DNA of 64,000 nucleotides from an uncultured Cellvibrionales bacterium (GCA_913063225.1 CAJXYP010000009.1:27719-91718); one strand, 5' to 3'. Positions 1 to 11,295 are shown, counted from the first letter of the stretch. Translations and numbers: made by a program. The notes: a model not told the origin generated them from the letters alone.

Positions 1-79
1 GCAGGCGCTGCACTAAGTGTTGCTGCCCGACAATTTGACTGCTCATCCATTCTTCGAGCTTTTTAAATTCTTCTATCAA
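1..79 (-). CDS. Probable MoxR-family AAA+ ATPase, N-terminal fragment (runs off window start)
   Basis: Manual minus-strand translation from TTG at 79 (AGGAG upstream): MIEEFKKLEEWMSSQIVGQQHLVQRL, resembling the MoxR IVGQ-x-x-LVxRL start. Only 26 codons are visible. Confidence 0.5.
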   Translation of the reverse strand, partial: MIEEFKKLEEWMSSQIVGQQHLVQRL

Positions 80-96
80 AACCTATGGTCTCCTGT

Positions 97-173
97 TTCA
101 GATTGCCGCTTTCAAACTAGCACTTTTAAATTACTGCTCTCAAATTCCATTCTCGAAATCTACTCTTGGAATT
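97..173. repeat. Degenerate 13-14 bp tandem array (~6 units)
   Basis: ttcagattgccgct / ttcaaactagcact / tttaaattactgct / ctcaaattccatt / ctcgaaatctact / cttggaatt. Confidence 0.4.
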
Positions 174-224
174 CGGTATGGTATTTCTAAAAAATATGGC
201 TTCTGGTAAAAAATTCAACTGGGC

Positions 225-256
225 AAAAAACCAAGGATGAATTGAATCCTGGTTTT
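225..256 (-). terminator. Rho-independent terminator-like hairpin in the moxR/pyrD divergent intergenic region
   Basis: Minus strand AACCAGGAT-tcaattc-ATCCTTGGTT followed by a T tract. Confidence 0.5.
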
Positions 257-390
257 ATACGAAAAATTCAGTGATTTAGCTGTCCAGAAGGTGGTAATAA
301 TAACTATCTCTCCTCTCAATAGACATGGTTCTGGTAACAATAGTTCAGTAAGCTACCCGCCCAGATAAAAAGCATCATTCATGTCGCCTT

Positions 391-1401
391 ATGTATAGCC
401 TATTTCGTCCATTACTTTTTAGCCTAAATCCAGAGACAGCGCATTCGGTGAGCATGGCTTCTCTGGAAATGGCCTCCAAGTTGCGCATCACCAATGCGCT
501 CTACCCGGCAGTTAATAATCCAGTTGATTTAATGGGTTTGACCTTCCCCAATAGGGTAGGCCTGTCTGCGGGGCTTGATAAGAATGGCGATCATATTGAC
601 GCTTTGGGAAGCCTTGGATTTGGTTTTATCGAAGTGGGCACCGTCACGCCAAGGCCTCAACCGGGAAATCCGGCGCCAAGGATATTCAGGTTGCCAGCTG
701 CTAACGCCATAATTAATCGCATGGGCTTCAACAACTATGGGGTAGACCATTTAGTACAAAACGCTAAGTCCCGAAAATTTCCTGGCGTACTAGGCATCAA
801 TGTGGGAAAAAACTTTGATACGCCTCTGGAAAATGCAGCCGAAGACTATATTGCCTGCATTCGAGCGGCCTACGACCATGCTGATTATCTGACGGTAAAT
901 ATTTCCTCTCCGAATACGCCCGGACTTCGAGATTTACAGCGTGGAGATGATCTAGCCCAGTTAGCGCAAAGTTTAGTTACTGAGGTTCGGAAACTGGACC
1001 AGCAAAACAACAGGCAGGTACCGCTGACCGTGAAAATTGCGCCAGACCTGGAGCGAGATGAAATACTGACAATGGCTGACACTTTAGTTGCCGCTGGTGT
1101 TGACGGAGTTATTGCGACAAATACCACCCTGGATAAATCTGCGGTGGTAGGAATGAAGCACGGGCAGGAACAAGGCGGTCTGAGTGGAACGCCAGTTCGA
1201 GATCAATCTACATTGGTTATTCGAACCCTTAGTGAACACCTGCAAGGTGCTATGCCTATTATTGGTGTCGGCGGTATTGAAACCGCTGAGCACGCAGTAG
1301 AAAAAATTCAGGCTGGTGCGGATTTGGTGCAGGTCTACACCGGTTTCATTTATCGCGGGCCGGCGATGATTTCTGAAATCGCCAAAGCGCTCCCAAAATA
1401 A
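391..1401 (+). CDS. pyrD: Quinone-dependent dihydroorotate dehydrogenase (type 2)
   Basis: AGLDKNG, EVGTVTPRPQPGNP, INRMGFNN, NISSPNTPGLR, KIAPDL, GGLSG motifs. Confidence 0.97.
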   Translation: MYSLFRPLLFSLNPETAHSVSMASLEMASKLRITNALYPAVNNPVDLMGLTFPNRVGLSAGLDKNGDHIDALGSLGFGFIEVGTVTPRPQPGNPAPRIFRLPAANAIINRMGFNNYGVDHLVQNAKSRKFPGVLGINVGKNFDTPLENAAEDYIACIRAAYDHADYLTVNISSPNTPGLRDLQRGDDLAQLAQSLVTEVRKLDQQNNRQVPLTVKIAPDLERDEILTMADTLVAAGVDGVIATNTTLDKSAVVGMKHGQEQGGLSGTPVRDQSTLVIRTLSEHLQGAMPIIGVGGIETAEHAVEKIQAGADLVQVYTGFIYRGPAMISEIAKALPK

Positions 1402-1438
1402 CTCGCCAAAGCACTCTAAAAAGGTTAAACCTAAGTCT

Positions 1439-3634
1439 ATGCAATTCTTTCTGTCATGCGCCCGAGGGTTAGAACCCCTCGCTGAAAAAGAGCTTGAGTC
1501 CTTTGGTGCAAAGGATATCAAACCCACTGGTGCAGGTGTTTGGTTTGGCGATTCTCTTGAAGATGCCTACAGCGCTTGTTTGTGGAGTCGGGTGGGTAGC
1601 CGAGTATTACTGCCGCTTTTTGAATCTGATGCAACGCCAGATGCCATGTATGACGCAGCGGTTGCATTTGATTGGAGCCAACATATTCCTGCAGTGGTGT
1701 CGGAGAGCGGGCTCGAGAGTGATGCAGAAGGCTGTCGGCTAAAAATCGATTTCAGCGGCACCAACGCAGAAATACGAGATACCCGTTTCGGTGCTCTCAA
1801 AATGAAGGATGCCATTGCAGATTGGCATAGGCAAGCGGGTTTGGCGGAACCCATTATGGACAATGACCAACCGCAAATTGGTCTTTCTGTGCGTCTGGCA
1901 AAAAAACGTATTTCTGTTGCGCTGGATCTAACGGGTGAAGGGCTCCACCGTCGTGGTTACCGCGCCAGGCAGGGTATAGCTCCCTTGCGCGAATCTCTCG
2001 CGGCCGGGTTGCTAATTCGAGCGGGTTGGCCCGAAGCAGCTGCGCAGCAAAAAAATCTTATTGATCCAATGTGCGGAAGCGGCACATTGGTTATCGAGGC
2101 GGCCTTTATGGCAGCAGATCGCGCCCCGGGGCTCAAACGAGAGCATTGGGGCTTTGATGCATGGCCGGGCCATTCCGCGGACACCTGGCGATCAGTCTGG
2201 CTGGAAGCACAGCAGAGGTTTGAGACCGGTAGAGCACTCGTAAAAAGCGAGATCAAAGGTCTTGATATAGATACCCGAATTTTAAAAGTGGCTAGAGACA
2301 ATGCTTCCACCGCCGGGGTTCAGGATTTAGTCAGCTTTGACCGAGGCGATGTACGAGAGCTTTACCCTGATATGTCCGAAGGAACCGGGCTTGTGATAGC
2401 CAATCCGCCCTATGGTGAGCGCATGGGCGATAACCAGCAGGCTATTGATTTATATGACCAAATTGGTCGCCAGTTACGTGATAACTTTGTCGGCTGGCAG
2501 GCTGGTATCTTGGCACCGGATCCGCAGTTTGGGCGTGCGATGGGTATGCACAGCCATAAGCATTATCAGGTAATTAACGGAAAGCTGGATTGCCTGTTCT
2601 ACCTTTTTGATATCACCCCGGATGTTGAGATATCACAGTCCGCACCCTCAGCTCCATCAGAAGGCGCTCAGATGGTTGCTGCGCGCATACGCAAAAATAG
2701 AGCGCGGTCAAAATCATGGTTGGCACGATCGCAAATATCCAACTACCGAATATATGACGCGGATATACCCGAATACTCCGCTGCGGTAGACCACTACTCT
2801 ATCTTGCAAGAGGGAGAAGATCCTAGAAGCATTTTGGTAGTACAAGAATACGCGGCACCAGCAGAAATTGAAGAAGGTAAAACCAAGCATCGTTTCAACG
2901 AGCTCTGCACTGGTGTGAAGCTGGCCTTCAATTGCGAAGATGATCAGATCATTCGAAAAACGCGGCAGCGTCAAAAGGGCAGCTCCCAGTACCAGCGTGC
3001 AGAAGATATTGGATCATCCGAACAAATAGTTCATGAAGAGCAAATTCAGGCTCTGATAAATTTTGAGGATTATTTAGATACCGGTCTTTTTCTTGATCAC
3101 CGGCCAATACGCCGTTGGATTGCCGAAAATGCTAAAGGCAAAAGTTTTCTCAACTTGTTTTGCTATACCGCCGTGCCTAGTTTGCACGCCATCGCTGGAG
3201 GAGCAAAAGAGTCTCTAAGTTTGGATATGTCGAATACCTATTTGGACTGGGCAAGACGAAATTATCGACTCAATAGCACTGATGTTTGGAAACATACATT
3301 GAAAAGGGCTGATTGCATCGAATGGTTAAAGCTTGATGCAGATGAGACCGGTAAATTTGATCTGATTTTGTTGGACCCACCGACTTTCTCAAATTCGAAA
3401 AAGATGGAAGGAACTCTTGATATACAAAGAGATCAGCTTGATCTAATTAGTGGCGCGATGAATCGGCTTAGCAAAGGCGGTGTTTTGATATTTTCCAACA
3501 ATCACCGGCGTTTTAAACTGGACCCACAGGTATCTGAACAATTCGCAGTAGAGGATTTCCACAAGAAATCCCTAGATCCGGATTTTCAGCGCAATGCGCG
3601 TGTGCACCAGTGTTTTCTGATTCGACATGCCTGA
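1439..3634 (+). CDS. rlmKL: Bifunctional 23S rRNA m2G2445/m7G2069 methyltransferase
   Basis: THUMP region, LHRRGYR, DPMCGSGT, NPPYGER; second MTase domain with DYLDTGLFLDHR and DPPTFSNSKKM; follows pyrD. Confidence 0.95.
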   Translation: MQFFLSCARGLEPLAEKELESFGAKDIKPTGAGVWFGDSLEDAYSACLWSRVGSRVLLPLFESDATPDAMYDAAVAFDWSQHIPAVVSESGLESDAEGCRLKIDFSGTNAEIRDTRFGALKMKDAIADWHRQAGLAEPIMDNDQPQIGLSVRLAKKRISVALDLTGEGLHRRGYRARQGIAPLRESLAAGLLIRAGWPEAAAQQKNLIDPMCGSGTLVIEAAFMAADRAPGLKREHWGFDAWPGHSADTWRSVWLEAQQRFETGRALVKSEIKGLDIDTRILKVARDNASTAGVQDLVSFDRGDVRELYPDMSEGTGLVIANPPYGERMGDNQQAIDLYDQIGRQLRDNFVGWQAGILAPDPQFGRAMGMHSHKHYQVINGKLDCLFYLFDITPDVEISQSAPSAPSEGAQMVAARIRKNRARSKSWLARSQISNYRIYDADIPEYSAAVDHYSILQEGEDPRSILVVQEYAAPAEIEEGKTKHRFNELCTGVKLAFNCEDDQIIRKTRQRQKGSSQYQRAEDIGSSEQIVHEEQIQALINFEDYLDTGLFLDHRPIRRWIAENAKGKSFLNLFCYTAVPSLHAIAGGAKESLSLDMSNTYLDWARRNYRLNSTDVWKHTLKRADCIEWLKLDADETGKFDLILLDPPTFSNSKKMEGTLDIQRDQLDLISGAMNRLSKGGVLIFSNNHRRFKLDPQVSEQFAVEDFHKKSLDPDFQRNARVHQCFLIRHA

Positions 3635-3654
3635 TTCGTCATGCAAGGTTCGGC

Positions 3655-3894
3655 ATGGGTAACAGTAAAATAATTCTCTACACAGGACCTGGCTGCAGGC
3701 TATGTAGCGATGCAGAGAATTTGTTGTTTCAAGCTGGATTGTCGGTCTCACAAATCGAAAAAGTGGATGTCACTTCCAGCCTTGATCTGAAAAAGCAATA
3801 TGGGCTAAAAATTCCGGTACTGAAAAACCAGGGTTCTGGGCAGGAGCTGTTCTGGCCCTTTGAATTTGAAGACTTAGGGGTTTTTCTGACCTAA
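3655..3894 (+). CDS. Glutaredoxin-like protein (DUF836 type)
   Basis: LYTGPGCRLC (CxxC), YGLKIPVL, LFWPF; ATG at 3655 preferred over the ORF-track start inside rlmKL. Confidence 0.8.
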   Translation: MGNSKIILYTGPGCRLCSDAENLLFQAGLSVSQIEKVDVTSSLDLKKQYGLKIPVLKNQGSGQELFWPFEFEDLGVFLT

Positions 3895-4680
3895 ATTGAA
3901 AAAGGCTCGAGCATTGGCGGTGCTCAATTGGGAAACTTGCTCTTGTTCAATGGCATAACATTCCGCAATTTTTTGAATTACCCAGGTTAAGTAAGCGGGT
4001 TCATTTCTACGTGATTTTGGTTTGGGCGTCATATTTCTGGGCAGTAAAAAGGGCGCATCCGTTTCCACCATAATGCGGTCCAATGGGATATTGGGCACCA
4101 ATGCGGCCAGTTCCGCGCCGCGCCTTTCATCGCACACCCAGCCGGTAATGCCTATATGTAAATCTAAATCCAAATAGGCGAACAGAGCAGTTTTGTCACT
4201 GGTAAAACAATGGATAACTGCTTTTTCAAATTGGTCTCGATGACTGTGGAGAATATCAATTTGCGTATTGAAGGCATCTCGCTCATGAAGAAACAGCGGC
4301 AGCCCGGTGCTCGCGGCTAATTCTAATTGTCCTTCGAAGGCCTTAATCTGCATATCTCGCGGGCTGTAGTCACGATTGAAATCCAGCCCGGTTTCACCCA
4401 CGGCAACCACACTCGGGTGCTTTAACAATTCAGCTAGTTGATTGGCGACTCCCTGATTCCAGTCTTTCGCGTCGTGGGGATGCAGACCCGCGGTGCTAAA
4501 TAGTTTTTCTGGATATTGCGTGGAAAAGGATTCGCAGATGTGCACAGATGCTTTACTGGATTGCAGATCGGTTCCGGTAAGGACCATGGCTTGCATATCA
4601 GTGGCAAAAGCTTTTTCTAATACCCGCTCAAGATCAGTTTTGAACTGGTCATTGGTTAGGTTTACGCCAATATCTATCAT
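3874..4680 (-). CDS. tatD: TatD-family deoxyribonuclease
   Basis: MIDIGVNLT, AGLHPH, AVGETGLDFNR, FLHERDA, HCFT, ETDAPFL. Confidence 0.93.
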   Translation of the reverse strand: MIDIGVNLTNDQFKTDLERVLEKAFATDMQAMVLTGTDLQSSKASVHICESFSTQYPEKLFSTAGLHPHDAKDWNQGVANQLAELLKHPSVVAVGETGLDFNRDYSPRDMQIKAFEGQLELAASTGLPLFLHERDAFNTQIDILHSHRDQFEKAVIHCFTSDKTALFAYLDLDLHIGITGWVCDERRGAELAALVPNIPLDRIMVETDAPFLLPRNMTPKPKSRRNEPAYLTWVIQKIAECYAIEQEQVSQLSTANARAFFNLGQKNP

Positions 4681-4685
4681 TGCCG

Positions 4686-6698
4686 CTAAGGAGAGCCGGG
4701 CAAGAATAGCGCTGAATCCAAGTCTTCTAACGGAGAGCTTTGGTCGATTTTTGCACCGTAGATAACCGCAAAGGCCATCAGGTTTTGAACGTAGTTTTTA
4801 GTCTCTTCAAAGGGGATGGTTTCCACCCAAACATCTAGGGGAAGCTCGTCACGGCCATTTCTAAGCCAGCCTTTTACCCGGCTAATACCGGCGTTATAGG
4901 CAGCTGATGCATAAATCGGATTTTGTTCCAGCTGAAGGTATGCTTGCTGCAGATAACTGCCGCCCAATCGGGTGTTGTAATCGGGGTCAGACAGTAGATC
5001 CTGATCGTATCTTATGCCCACTCGCCTAGCCTCTTGTCGGGCGGTCCCGGGCATTAGCTGCATCAATCCTCTTGCCCCTGCGCCAGAACTAATATCCCGT
5101 GCAAAAGCGCTTTCCTGTCGGGATAGCGCATATAGCCAAGCTAAGGGTAGATCGAATTCCGTCGCAACGTTTTGATAGGCTTCTAAATAGGGCATGGGAA
5201 AGCGTAATTCAAGATAATCCCAGCTCTTTGCCGTGATCGTCGCGCGAATAGACAGGTAGTCCAAATTTTCGGAGGCGGCCCACTCGGCTGCGGCAAGTAA
5301 TTCAGCCGTATCGAGCTCGTCGTTGGCGTGCTGCCAGGTGAGACGAGAATTATTAAAGTATTCCACTCGCTCTAACTCGCCCGCTCTCTGCCAAGCCTTG
5401 ATTTGATTCTCTGAAATTTCCAGGCTTGGCTCAGCAGTTCTCTCGTTTAAGCTGAAGGCACTGTCCTCGAGCAAGCTCGCTAGAAAGCCATAGTAGTCCC
5501 GACGATCTCGAATTTTATCGTAATACTGTGAACCGCTTAGACCAATCTGATTCATAGATCGGCCGCGCCAGTAGGTCCATCGAATTTCTTCTTGCTGCAG
5601 GCTGGGCATAAGATCCAACCAGTCTAATAAAGCTTGCCAGTCGGTTTCAGCGAGGGCGACAAGTGCGCCATCTTCAAAGGCTTGCTCAGACAGAAGTGTG
5701 CGGTTGGCGACAGCGAACGCATAGAGGTCGTCAATGCGGCCAGAATCAATCAGTTGCTCGACTAGTCCTTCAACGCTGTAAGTAAGATCTTCTTGAGTGA
5801 ATATTGATGCATCTCGGTAAGCCGGCCAAATAGCGAGCGCAGATGACATATCCTTTGCTGCTAAGTTAAGTAATCCCTGAGCGATTACCGAAGAGTAGCT
5901 GGTTCCTCCACCGAGGAAGGAATCGACATTTTCAATAATCTCCGGTTGAGATCGGATAGTTTGGTATGCCCGCAGACGTAGCTCGATTGCGTCATCTCGG
6001 ATCAGGTTGGCCAGGTAGTTGGAAAATCGAACCTCGCCTTCTCGACGCGCCAAAATATATCTCTGCCAGATATATTCTTCGCTGAATAAATCCGAACGAC
6101 GCCAGCGATCAAAGGTGTAATCACACTGATCTGGTTGAGATGCGCCAACCAGCCACATTTCTTTGGCACCGGCATAAGCTTCTTGAATGCGATCCAATCG
6201 GTAGAGCGCCTCAATAAAATAGCACTGCTGAATTTTGTTGCCCGTTCCGGGAATAAAATTGTCCACATAGCCCTGATAATTACGATCAGATCTCAGGGTA
6301 TAGAGCCAGTTCAGGCGTAACTTCTCCGACAGCCATGTGCCGGAATACTGGTCAATAAAATTGAGAATTTGTTCGTCATCTACCCGGTTTGCACGAGCGA
6401 TTAATAGGCTCATCTCCAAATAGGGCGCTAAAGGATAGTCGGCGCTGATGAGTTGGTCGTGCAGATCTTCAGCGATTGAATAACGTCCGCGGCTAGTTGC
6501 TTGTTGGCCTTCTAAAAAAACCTCCCGAAGCTGCTCGAGGTCTGCTTCAGAAGTAACCATTGGTTGGGTCAACAAGTTAGGACTGATTAGCAGGATACTG
6601 CAGACTAAAAGCCTTCGGATATTACTCAATTCAAATATTCTGTATAGATTTGCATGGACGGCTAATTTACTCTGACGGACTTCGTGCAAGCAAGCCAA
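4686..6698 (-). CDS. slt: Soluble lytic murein transglycosylase (Slt70 type); true start probably somewhat downstream
   Basis: Helical N-domain; SLT motifs RQESAF, GARGLMQLMP, AAYNAG, ETIPFEETKNYVQ. Confidence 0.9.
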   Translation of the reverse strand: MACLHEVRQSKLAVHANLYRIFELSNIRRLLVCSILLISPNLLTQPMVTSEADLEQLREVFLEGQQATSRGRYSIAEDLHDQLISADYPLAPYLEMSLLIARANRVDDEQILNFIDQYSGTWLSEKLRLNWLYTLRSDRNYQGYVDNFIPGTGNKIQQCYFIEALYRLDRIQEAYAGAKEMWLVGASQPDQCDYTFDRWRRSDLFSEEYIWQRYILARREGEVRFSNYLANLIRDDAIELRLRAYQTIRSQPEIIENVDSFLGGGTSYSSVIAQGLLNLAAKDMSSALAIWPAYRDASIFTQEDLTYSVEGLVEQLIDSGRIDDLYAFAVANRTLLSEQAFEDGALVALAETDWQALLDWLDLMPSLQQEEIRWTYWRGRSMNQIGLSGSQYYDKIRDRRDYYGFLASLLEDSAFSLNERTAEPSLEISENQIKAWQRAGELERVEYFNNSRLTWQHANDELDTAELLAAAEWAASENLDYLSIRATITAKSWDYLELRFPMPYLEAYQNVATEFDLPLAWLYALSRQESAFARDISSGAGARGLMQLMPGTARQEARRVGIRYDQDLLSDPDYNTRLGGSYLQQAYLQLEQNPIYASAAYNAGISRVKGWLRNGRDELPLDVWVETIPFEETKNYVQNLMAFAVIYGAKIDQSSPLEDLDSALFLPGSP

Positions 6699-6716
6699 TA
6701 TACAAGGCTTAACTTT

Positions 6717-7169
6717 ATGGTGTGGATTGTTCTGATAGCGAGCCTGATGTTTCTCTACGGTTCTTTTTTGATGGTTCTACCGAGTCAGCGGCAGCGCCAT
6801 ATTGCGCGGTTGCGTGAGTACGCCATTCAGCAGGGCTTGGAAGTTCGATTGGTGTCCCGCTTAAAACTGCCGGAAGAACTTTCCAGACCGGACATGGCTT
6901 GCTTGCTAACATCTCGCGATGCTGATGTTGATGCAGTGGGAAGCAGCTTTAAAAACCCTGAGACCGGCAAGGTTCGTTGCTACGGAGTGTTTGCTACAAA
7001 GGAACCTCAGGTCGCAAGTCTGTTCGCAAAACTTCCCATCGGCGCAGAAGCCTTGATTTCCAGTGAGACATTCGTAGGAGTCTGCTGGGACGAGAGAGGC
7101 GATCAGGAAAGCGTGGATATTATTGGAGCAGAATTGCCCGCAATTCTGAGCCTCACATCTAACCTTTAA
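6717..7169 (+). CDS. Hypothetical protein with N-terminal transmembrane helix
   Basis: Hydrophobic N-terminus MVWIVLIASLMFLYGSFLMVLP, then PSQRQRHIARLR; ATG 6717 avoids overlap with slt. Confidence 0.65.
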   Translation: MVWIVLIASLMFLYGSFLMVLPSQRQRHIARLREYAIQQGLEVRLVSRLKLPEELSRPDMACLLTSRDADVDAVGSSFKNPETGKVRCYGVFATKEPQVASLFAKLPIGAEALISSETFVGVCWDERGDQESVDIIGAELPAILSLTSNL

Positions 7170-7303
7170 ATATGATGTTTAACTATTTTTAGACATTTTT
7201 CTTTACATCCGCAAAATCCCCATGCATTAATAAAAAAGGAAATCACTTTTATATACCTCAGAAAAAATTGAGGCCAACCTCTAATAAGGCTGTATCTATA
7301 TTT

Positions 7304-9928
7304 ATGAGCAAATCGCTCGTTATTGTCGAATCACCGGCAAAAGCTAAAACAATTAATAAGTATCTCGGTGACGACTTTGTCGTTAAATCTAGTGTAGGTC
7401 ATATTCGAGATTTGCCGACTGGCGGATCTAGTTCGACTACCACTCCAGCGCAACGTGCCAAAGAAGCGGCCAAAACCCGCAAGCTATCGCCACAGAAAAA
7501 GGCAATACATAAAATCAAGAAAGCGCGGGAGCAGTTAGTAAGGCGCATGGGTGTAGACCCGGATCACGACTGGGCAGCCCGTTACGAAATACTGCCGGGT
7601 AAAGAGAAAGTAGTATCTGACCTTCGCAAGGCGGCCGAAGGTGCACCTACTATCTACCTAGCGACGGATTTGGATCGCGAGGGAGAGGCCATTGCTTGGC
7701 ATTTGCGCGAAGCTATTGGCGGTGATGACGCTAGGTATCGTCGCGTTGTCTTTAATGAAATTACCAAAAAAGCAATTGATGAAGCTTTTTTAAAGCCCGG
7801 CGAACTCAATATTGATCGTGTAAACGCTCAGCAAGCGCGCCGGTTTTTGGATAGAGTTGTTGGTTTTATGCTTTCTCCTCTTTTGTGGAAGAAAGTAGCT
7901 CGCGGCTTATCCGCTGGCCGGGTGCAGTCCGTAGCTGTAAAGCTAATCGTCGATCGCGAAAAAGAAATTCGTGCCTTTATACCCGACGAATATTGGACCC
8001 TGCACGCTGATCTTCTAGCTCAAATTGCTGATGAAGCCCTCCGCTTTGAAGTGGTTCAGAAAGACGGCAAAAAATTCCGCCCGGTTTCCGAAAGCGAAAC
8101 GCAGCTATCGGTGGATATGCTCGCCGGACAATCCTTCAAAATTACCAACCGGGAAGATAAGCCCTCTTCATCGAAACCTTCAGCGCCCTTTATAACCTCT
8201 ACGCTCCAGCAAGCTGCGAGTACTAGACTGGGATACAGCGTTAAGAAAACTATGACGATGGCACAGCGGCTATATGAAGCTGGGCACATTACCTATATGC
8301 GAACGGATTCGACCTTTTTGGGTGCGGATTCTGTTGCCGAGTGTCGTCAACTGATAGAGAAAGATTTCGGGTCAGACTACTTGCCCGATGAGCCTATGCG
8401 ATATTCCAGTCGAGATGGCGCTCAGGAGGCTCACGAGGCGATTCGACCCAGTCAGCCTAGCCGGTATGCCGCCACCCTGATTGAGATGGAAACAGACGCA
8501 CGCAGGCTCTATGAATTAATTTGGCAGCAATTTGTTGCTTGCCAGATGGTTCCCGCTGAATTTTTAGTGACTCGTGTGGAAGTAGAAATCGCCGGTCACA
8601 AACTACGTATCAATGGTCGGGTGGTTAAATTCGCCGGTTACCACAAAGTGCTGCCACCAGCCGGTAGTAAAGAAGAAGACAGAAGCCTTCCGGATATGCA
8701 GATCGGGCAAATATTAAACCTTGAAAAACTTGATCCGGTTCAACATTTCACCAAACCACCGGCTCGTTTTAGTGAAGCCGCTTTGGTTAAAGAACTTGAA
8801 AAGTGCGGCATTGGCCGACCTTCAACCTATGCCAGCATTATTTCTACTATCCAGGATCGCGGTTACGTCCGATTGGATAAGCGTCGTTTTTACGCTGAGA
8901 AGATGGGCGAGATTGTTTCTGAACGGCTAACCGAAAACTTTGCCGATCTTATGGACTATTCCTTCACCGCTCGCATGGAACAGTCCCTAGATAAGATCGC
9001 TGAAGGTGAGCTCGATTGGAAACAAACCCTAAGCGTTTTTTATAAGGGCTTTGCTAAGCAGTTAGAGCAGGCAGATGCAGATATGCGTCTAAACGAAGCT
9101 ACGGATACAGATATAGCTTGCGATAATTGCGGTCGCCATATGATGGTTCGCACGGGCACTACCGGTGTATTCCTTGGTTGTTCAGGTTATGCGTTGCCGC
9201 CAGCCGAGCGCTGTAAAAAGACCATGAATTTGGCTCCAGGTGACGAGGCCGTAGAAGCTGATGCGGATGACGAAGCTGAATCCCGCCAACTGAAAGACAA
9301 GCACCGCTGTAGCAAATGCAATACTGCTATGGATAGTTATCTGGTCGACGAAACTCGAAAACTACATGTCTGTGGTAACAATCCCGACTGCGATGGTTTT
9401 GAAGTGGAAACCGGAACATTCAAAATTAAAGGCTACGAAGGCCCCAGCCTTGACTGTGACAAATGTGGTCACGAGATGCAGCTCAAAACCGGGCGTTTTG
9501 GCAAGTACTTTGGTTGCACCAGCGAAGACTGTAAAAATACCCGTAAGTTATTGCGTAGTGGGCAAGCCGCGCCTCCCAAAATGGACCCTGTACCCATGCC
9601 GGAACTGCGCTGCGACAAAGTCGATGATCACTACTTACTGCGAGACGGAGCAAGTGGATTGTTTTTGGCCGCAAGCCAATATCCTCGGCATCGAGAGACT
9701 CGGGCTCCATTGCTTAAAGAACTGCTGGCCCATCGCGAAGAAGTGGACCCAAAATATGAATACCTGATGAGCGCTCCTCAGGTTGCACCGGACAATAACG
9801 AAGTAGTTATTCGCTTTGATAAAAAGGTAGGCCAGTCATATGTTCGCGGTGAAAAAGCGGGTAAAGCCGCTGCCTGGAGAGCTGACTATATCGACAACAA
9901 GTGGGTCGAAAAAAAGAGTGGTAAATAA
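7304..9928 (+). CDS. topA: DNA topoisomerase I
   Basis: [43 protein letters not shown] (catalytic Tyr), C-terminal Zn ribbons; start at ATG 7304. Confidence 0.98.
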   Translation: MSKSLVIVESPAKAKTINKYLGDDFVVKSSVGHIRDLPTGGSSSTTTPAQRAKEAAKTRKLSPQKKAIHKIKKAREQLVRRMGVDPDHDWAARYEILPGKEKVVSDLRKAAEGAPTIYLATDLDREGEAIAWHLREAIGGDDARYRRVVFNEITKKAIDEAFLKPGELNIDRVNAQQARRFLDRVVGFMLSPLLWKKVARGLSAGRVQSVAVKLIVDREKEIRAFIPDEYWTLHADLLAQIADEALRFEVVQKDGKKFRPVSESETQLSVDMLAGQSFKITNREDKPSSSKPSAPFITSTLQQAASTRLGYSVKKTMTMAQRLYEAGHITYMRTDSTFLGADSVAECRQLIEKDFGSDYLPDEPMRYSSRDGAQEAHEAIRPSQPSRYAATLIEMETDARRLYELIWQQFVACQMVPAEFLVTRVEVEIAGHKLRINGRVVKFAGYHKVLPPAGSKEEDRSLPDMQIGQILNLEKLDPVQHFTKPPARFSEAALVKELEKCGIGRPSTYASIISTIQDRGYVRLDKRRFYAEKMGEIVSERLTENFADLMDYSFTARMEQSLDKIAEGELDWKQTLSVFYKGFAKQLEQADADMRLNEATDTDIACDNCGRHMMVRTGTTGVFLGCSGYALPPAERCKKTMNLAPGDEAVEADADDEAESRQLKDKHRCSKCNTAMDSYLVDETRKLHVCGNNPDCDGFEVETGTFKIKGYEGPSLDCDKCGHEMQLKTGRFGKYFGCTSEDCKNTRKLLRSGQAAPPKMDPVPMPELRCDKVDDHYLLRDGASGLFLAASQYPRHRETRAPLLKELLAHREEVDPKYEYLMSAPQVAPDNNEVVIRFDKKVGQSYVRGEKAGKAAAWRADYIDNKWVEKKSGK

Positions 9929-10424
9929 CTCTTTTCGCAGCCTGGTGAATGCGCATTTGCGCAAGGCAACCGCGCTGTTAGAGCACTGCAAACTGATACA
10001 GCAGGAACAGGGTTCTCGATTGACACAGGATGCATTAGTTGAGAGCAGCTTATTCCAGCTACACCTGACGCTTATGAATTTTCTGCGAGAGATTGCAGAA
10101 AATTATCAGGTCGGCAAGGCCGAGAATATTTTTTGTACCGCTGATCTTGCCGCTGCGTTGCAGCAAATCGACAAACAGCCTGCAGAACTTACTGAGATAC
10201 AAACCTCGGAACAGGAAGGCTGGTTGTCAGAGCTAAAGGCTGCCTATACGGCAGTTATTTCTGGTGAGTCTTCTAACAAGAGTTCCGCAGCGATTCAGCC
10301 CGCGGGAATGATCCAAACAAAACAGCTTGGCAATGAAACGTTAAATATTACGAGAGCCGAAGACTGGCTAAACAAAACAAGGGAACTCATCGAACGTCAG
10401 CGAGAGATGATGGTGGAATGCTGA
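9840..10424 (+). CDS. Conserved hypothetical protein downstream of topA (DUF6586-like); start uncertain, probably near 9918
   Basis: Helical protein with FLREIAENY and C-terminal RQREMMVEC; typical position between topA and lexA. Confidence 0.65.
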   Translation: MFAVKKRVKPLPGELTISTTSGSKKRVVNNSFRSLVNAHLRKATALLEHCKLIQQEQGSRLTQDALVESSLFQLHLTLMNFLREIAENYQVGKAENIFCTADLAAALQQIDKQPAELTEIQTSEQEGWLSELKAAYTAVISGESSNKSSAAIQPAGMIQTKQLGNETLNITRAEDWLNKTRELIERQREMMVEC

Positions 10425-10425
10425 T

Positions 10426-10677
10426 ATGACAGAAATTTACGAAATTATTGAAACCTCTGAAGGCGAATATTCCCTGCGCAGAGAAGATACCAATGAAACG
10501 CCTTTGGTAACCATTAGCTTCTCTTCGGAGGCACAGAAATTTCTAAATGATGGTACTGGCGAGATTGCCAAAACCATGATTGAAGCGGGTATTCGCCAGG
10601 TTAAAGCTATGATGGAGCAGGGTATGGAAAGCGATGATTCAGAAAAGAAACAGGAACTAAAGCCAATAGTACATTAG
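10426..10677 (+). CDS. Small acidic conserved hypothetical protein
   Basis: 83-aa ORF starting 1 nt after the previous stop; EIIE..GEYSLRR..PLVTISFS. Confidence 0.7.
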   Translation: MTEIYEIIETSEGEYSLRREDTNETPLVTISFSSEAQKFLNDGTGEIAKTMIEAGIRQVKAMMEQGMESDDSEKKQELKPIVH

Positions 10678-10687
10678 AGTTTCCCGC

Positions 10688-11293
10688 TCAGCACTGTCGT
10701 ATAACCCCAACAGCGCGACCTTCAACGTTTACTTCAACATCACCAGAATGCAATTCGATAGGATCGTAATCGTCGTTCTCGGCAATTAGTTGAATATGGT
10801 CTGGTCCAATTCGATTCCAACGCTTAAGCGTCACATCTTCATTGATGCGAACCACAACAATATCGCCTTGGTTTGCGATAGGGGTTTTATTCACGGCAAC
10901 CAAATCGCCATCGTGAATGCCGATATTGATCATACTGTCACCCTGTACGCGCAATAAATAATCCGGAGCAGGGTGGAATAGGTTCGGGTCTAGATTTATT
11001 CTTTTTTCTACGTTTTCCACTGCTAGCACCGGAGAACCCGCCGCTACACGTCCAATAACAGCGAGACCATCGTTGGCCGCTTCCGCCGGCAATCGAATGC
11101 CACGGGAAGTTCCCGGGATTAGTTCAATAGCACCTTTGCGCGCCAACGCTTTTAAATGATCTTCAGCTGCATTGGCAGAACGAAAGCCGAGGGCTTTTGC
11201 AATATCGGCCCTGGTTGGAGGCATGCCTGATTCGATAATGTATTCGCGAATATAAGCGAGAACTTCAGATTGACGAGCAGTTAAATTTTTCAT
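10688..11293 (-). CDS. lexA: SOS repressor LexA
   Basis: LTARQSEV, PPTRADIA..LGFRSANAAEDHLKAL, VAAG cleavage site, GDSM (Ser), VTLKR (Lys). Confidence 0.97.
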   Translation of the reverse strand: MKNLTARQSEVLAYIREYIIESGMPPTRADIAKALGFRSANAAEDHLKALARKGAIELIPGTSRGIRLPAEAANDGLAVIGRVAAGSPVLAVENVEKRINLDPNLFHPAPDYLLRVQGDSMINIGIHDGDLVAVNKTPIANQGDIVVVRINEDVTLKRWNRIGPDHIQLIAENDDYDPIELHSGDVEVNVEGRAVGVIRQC

Positions 11294-11295
11294 GA

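Noticed and set aside
97-173. Tandem units as a CRISPR array or iterons
   Set aside because: Units are 13-14 bp, degenerate and have no spacers; no cas or rep genes nearby.
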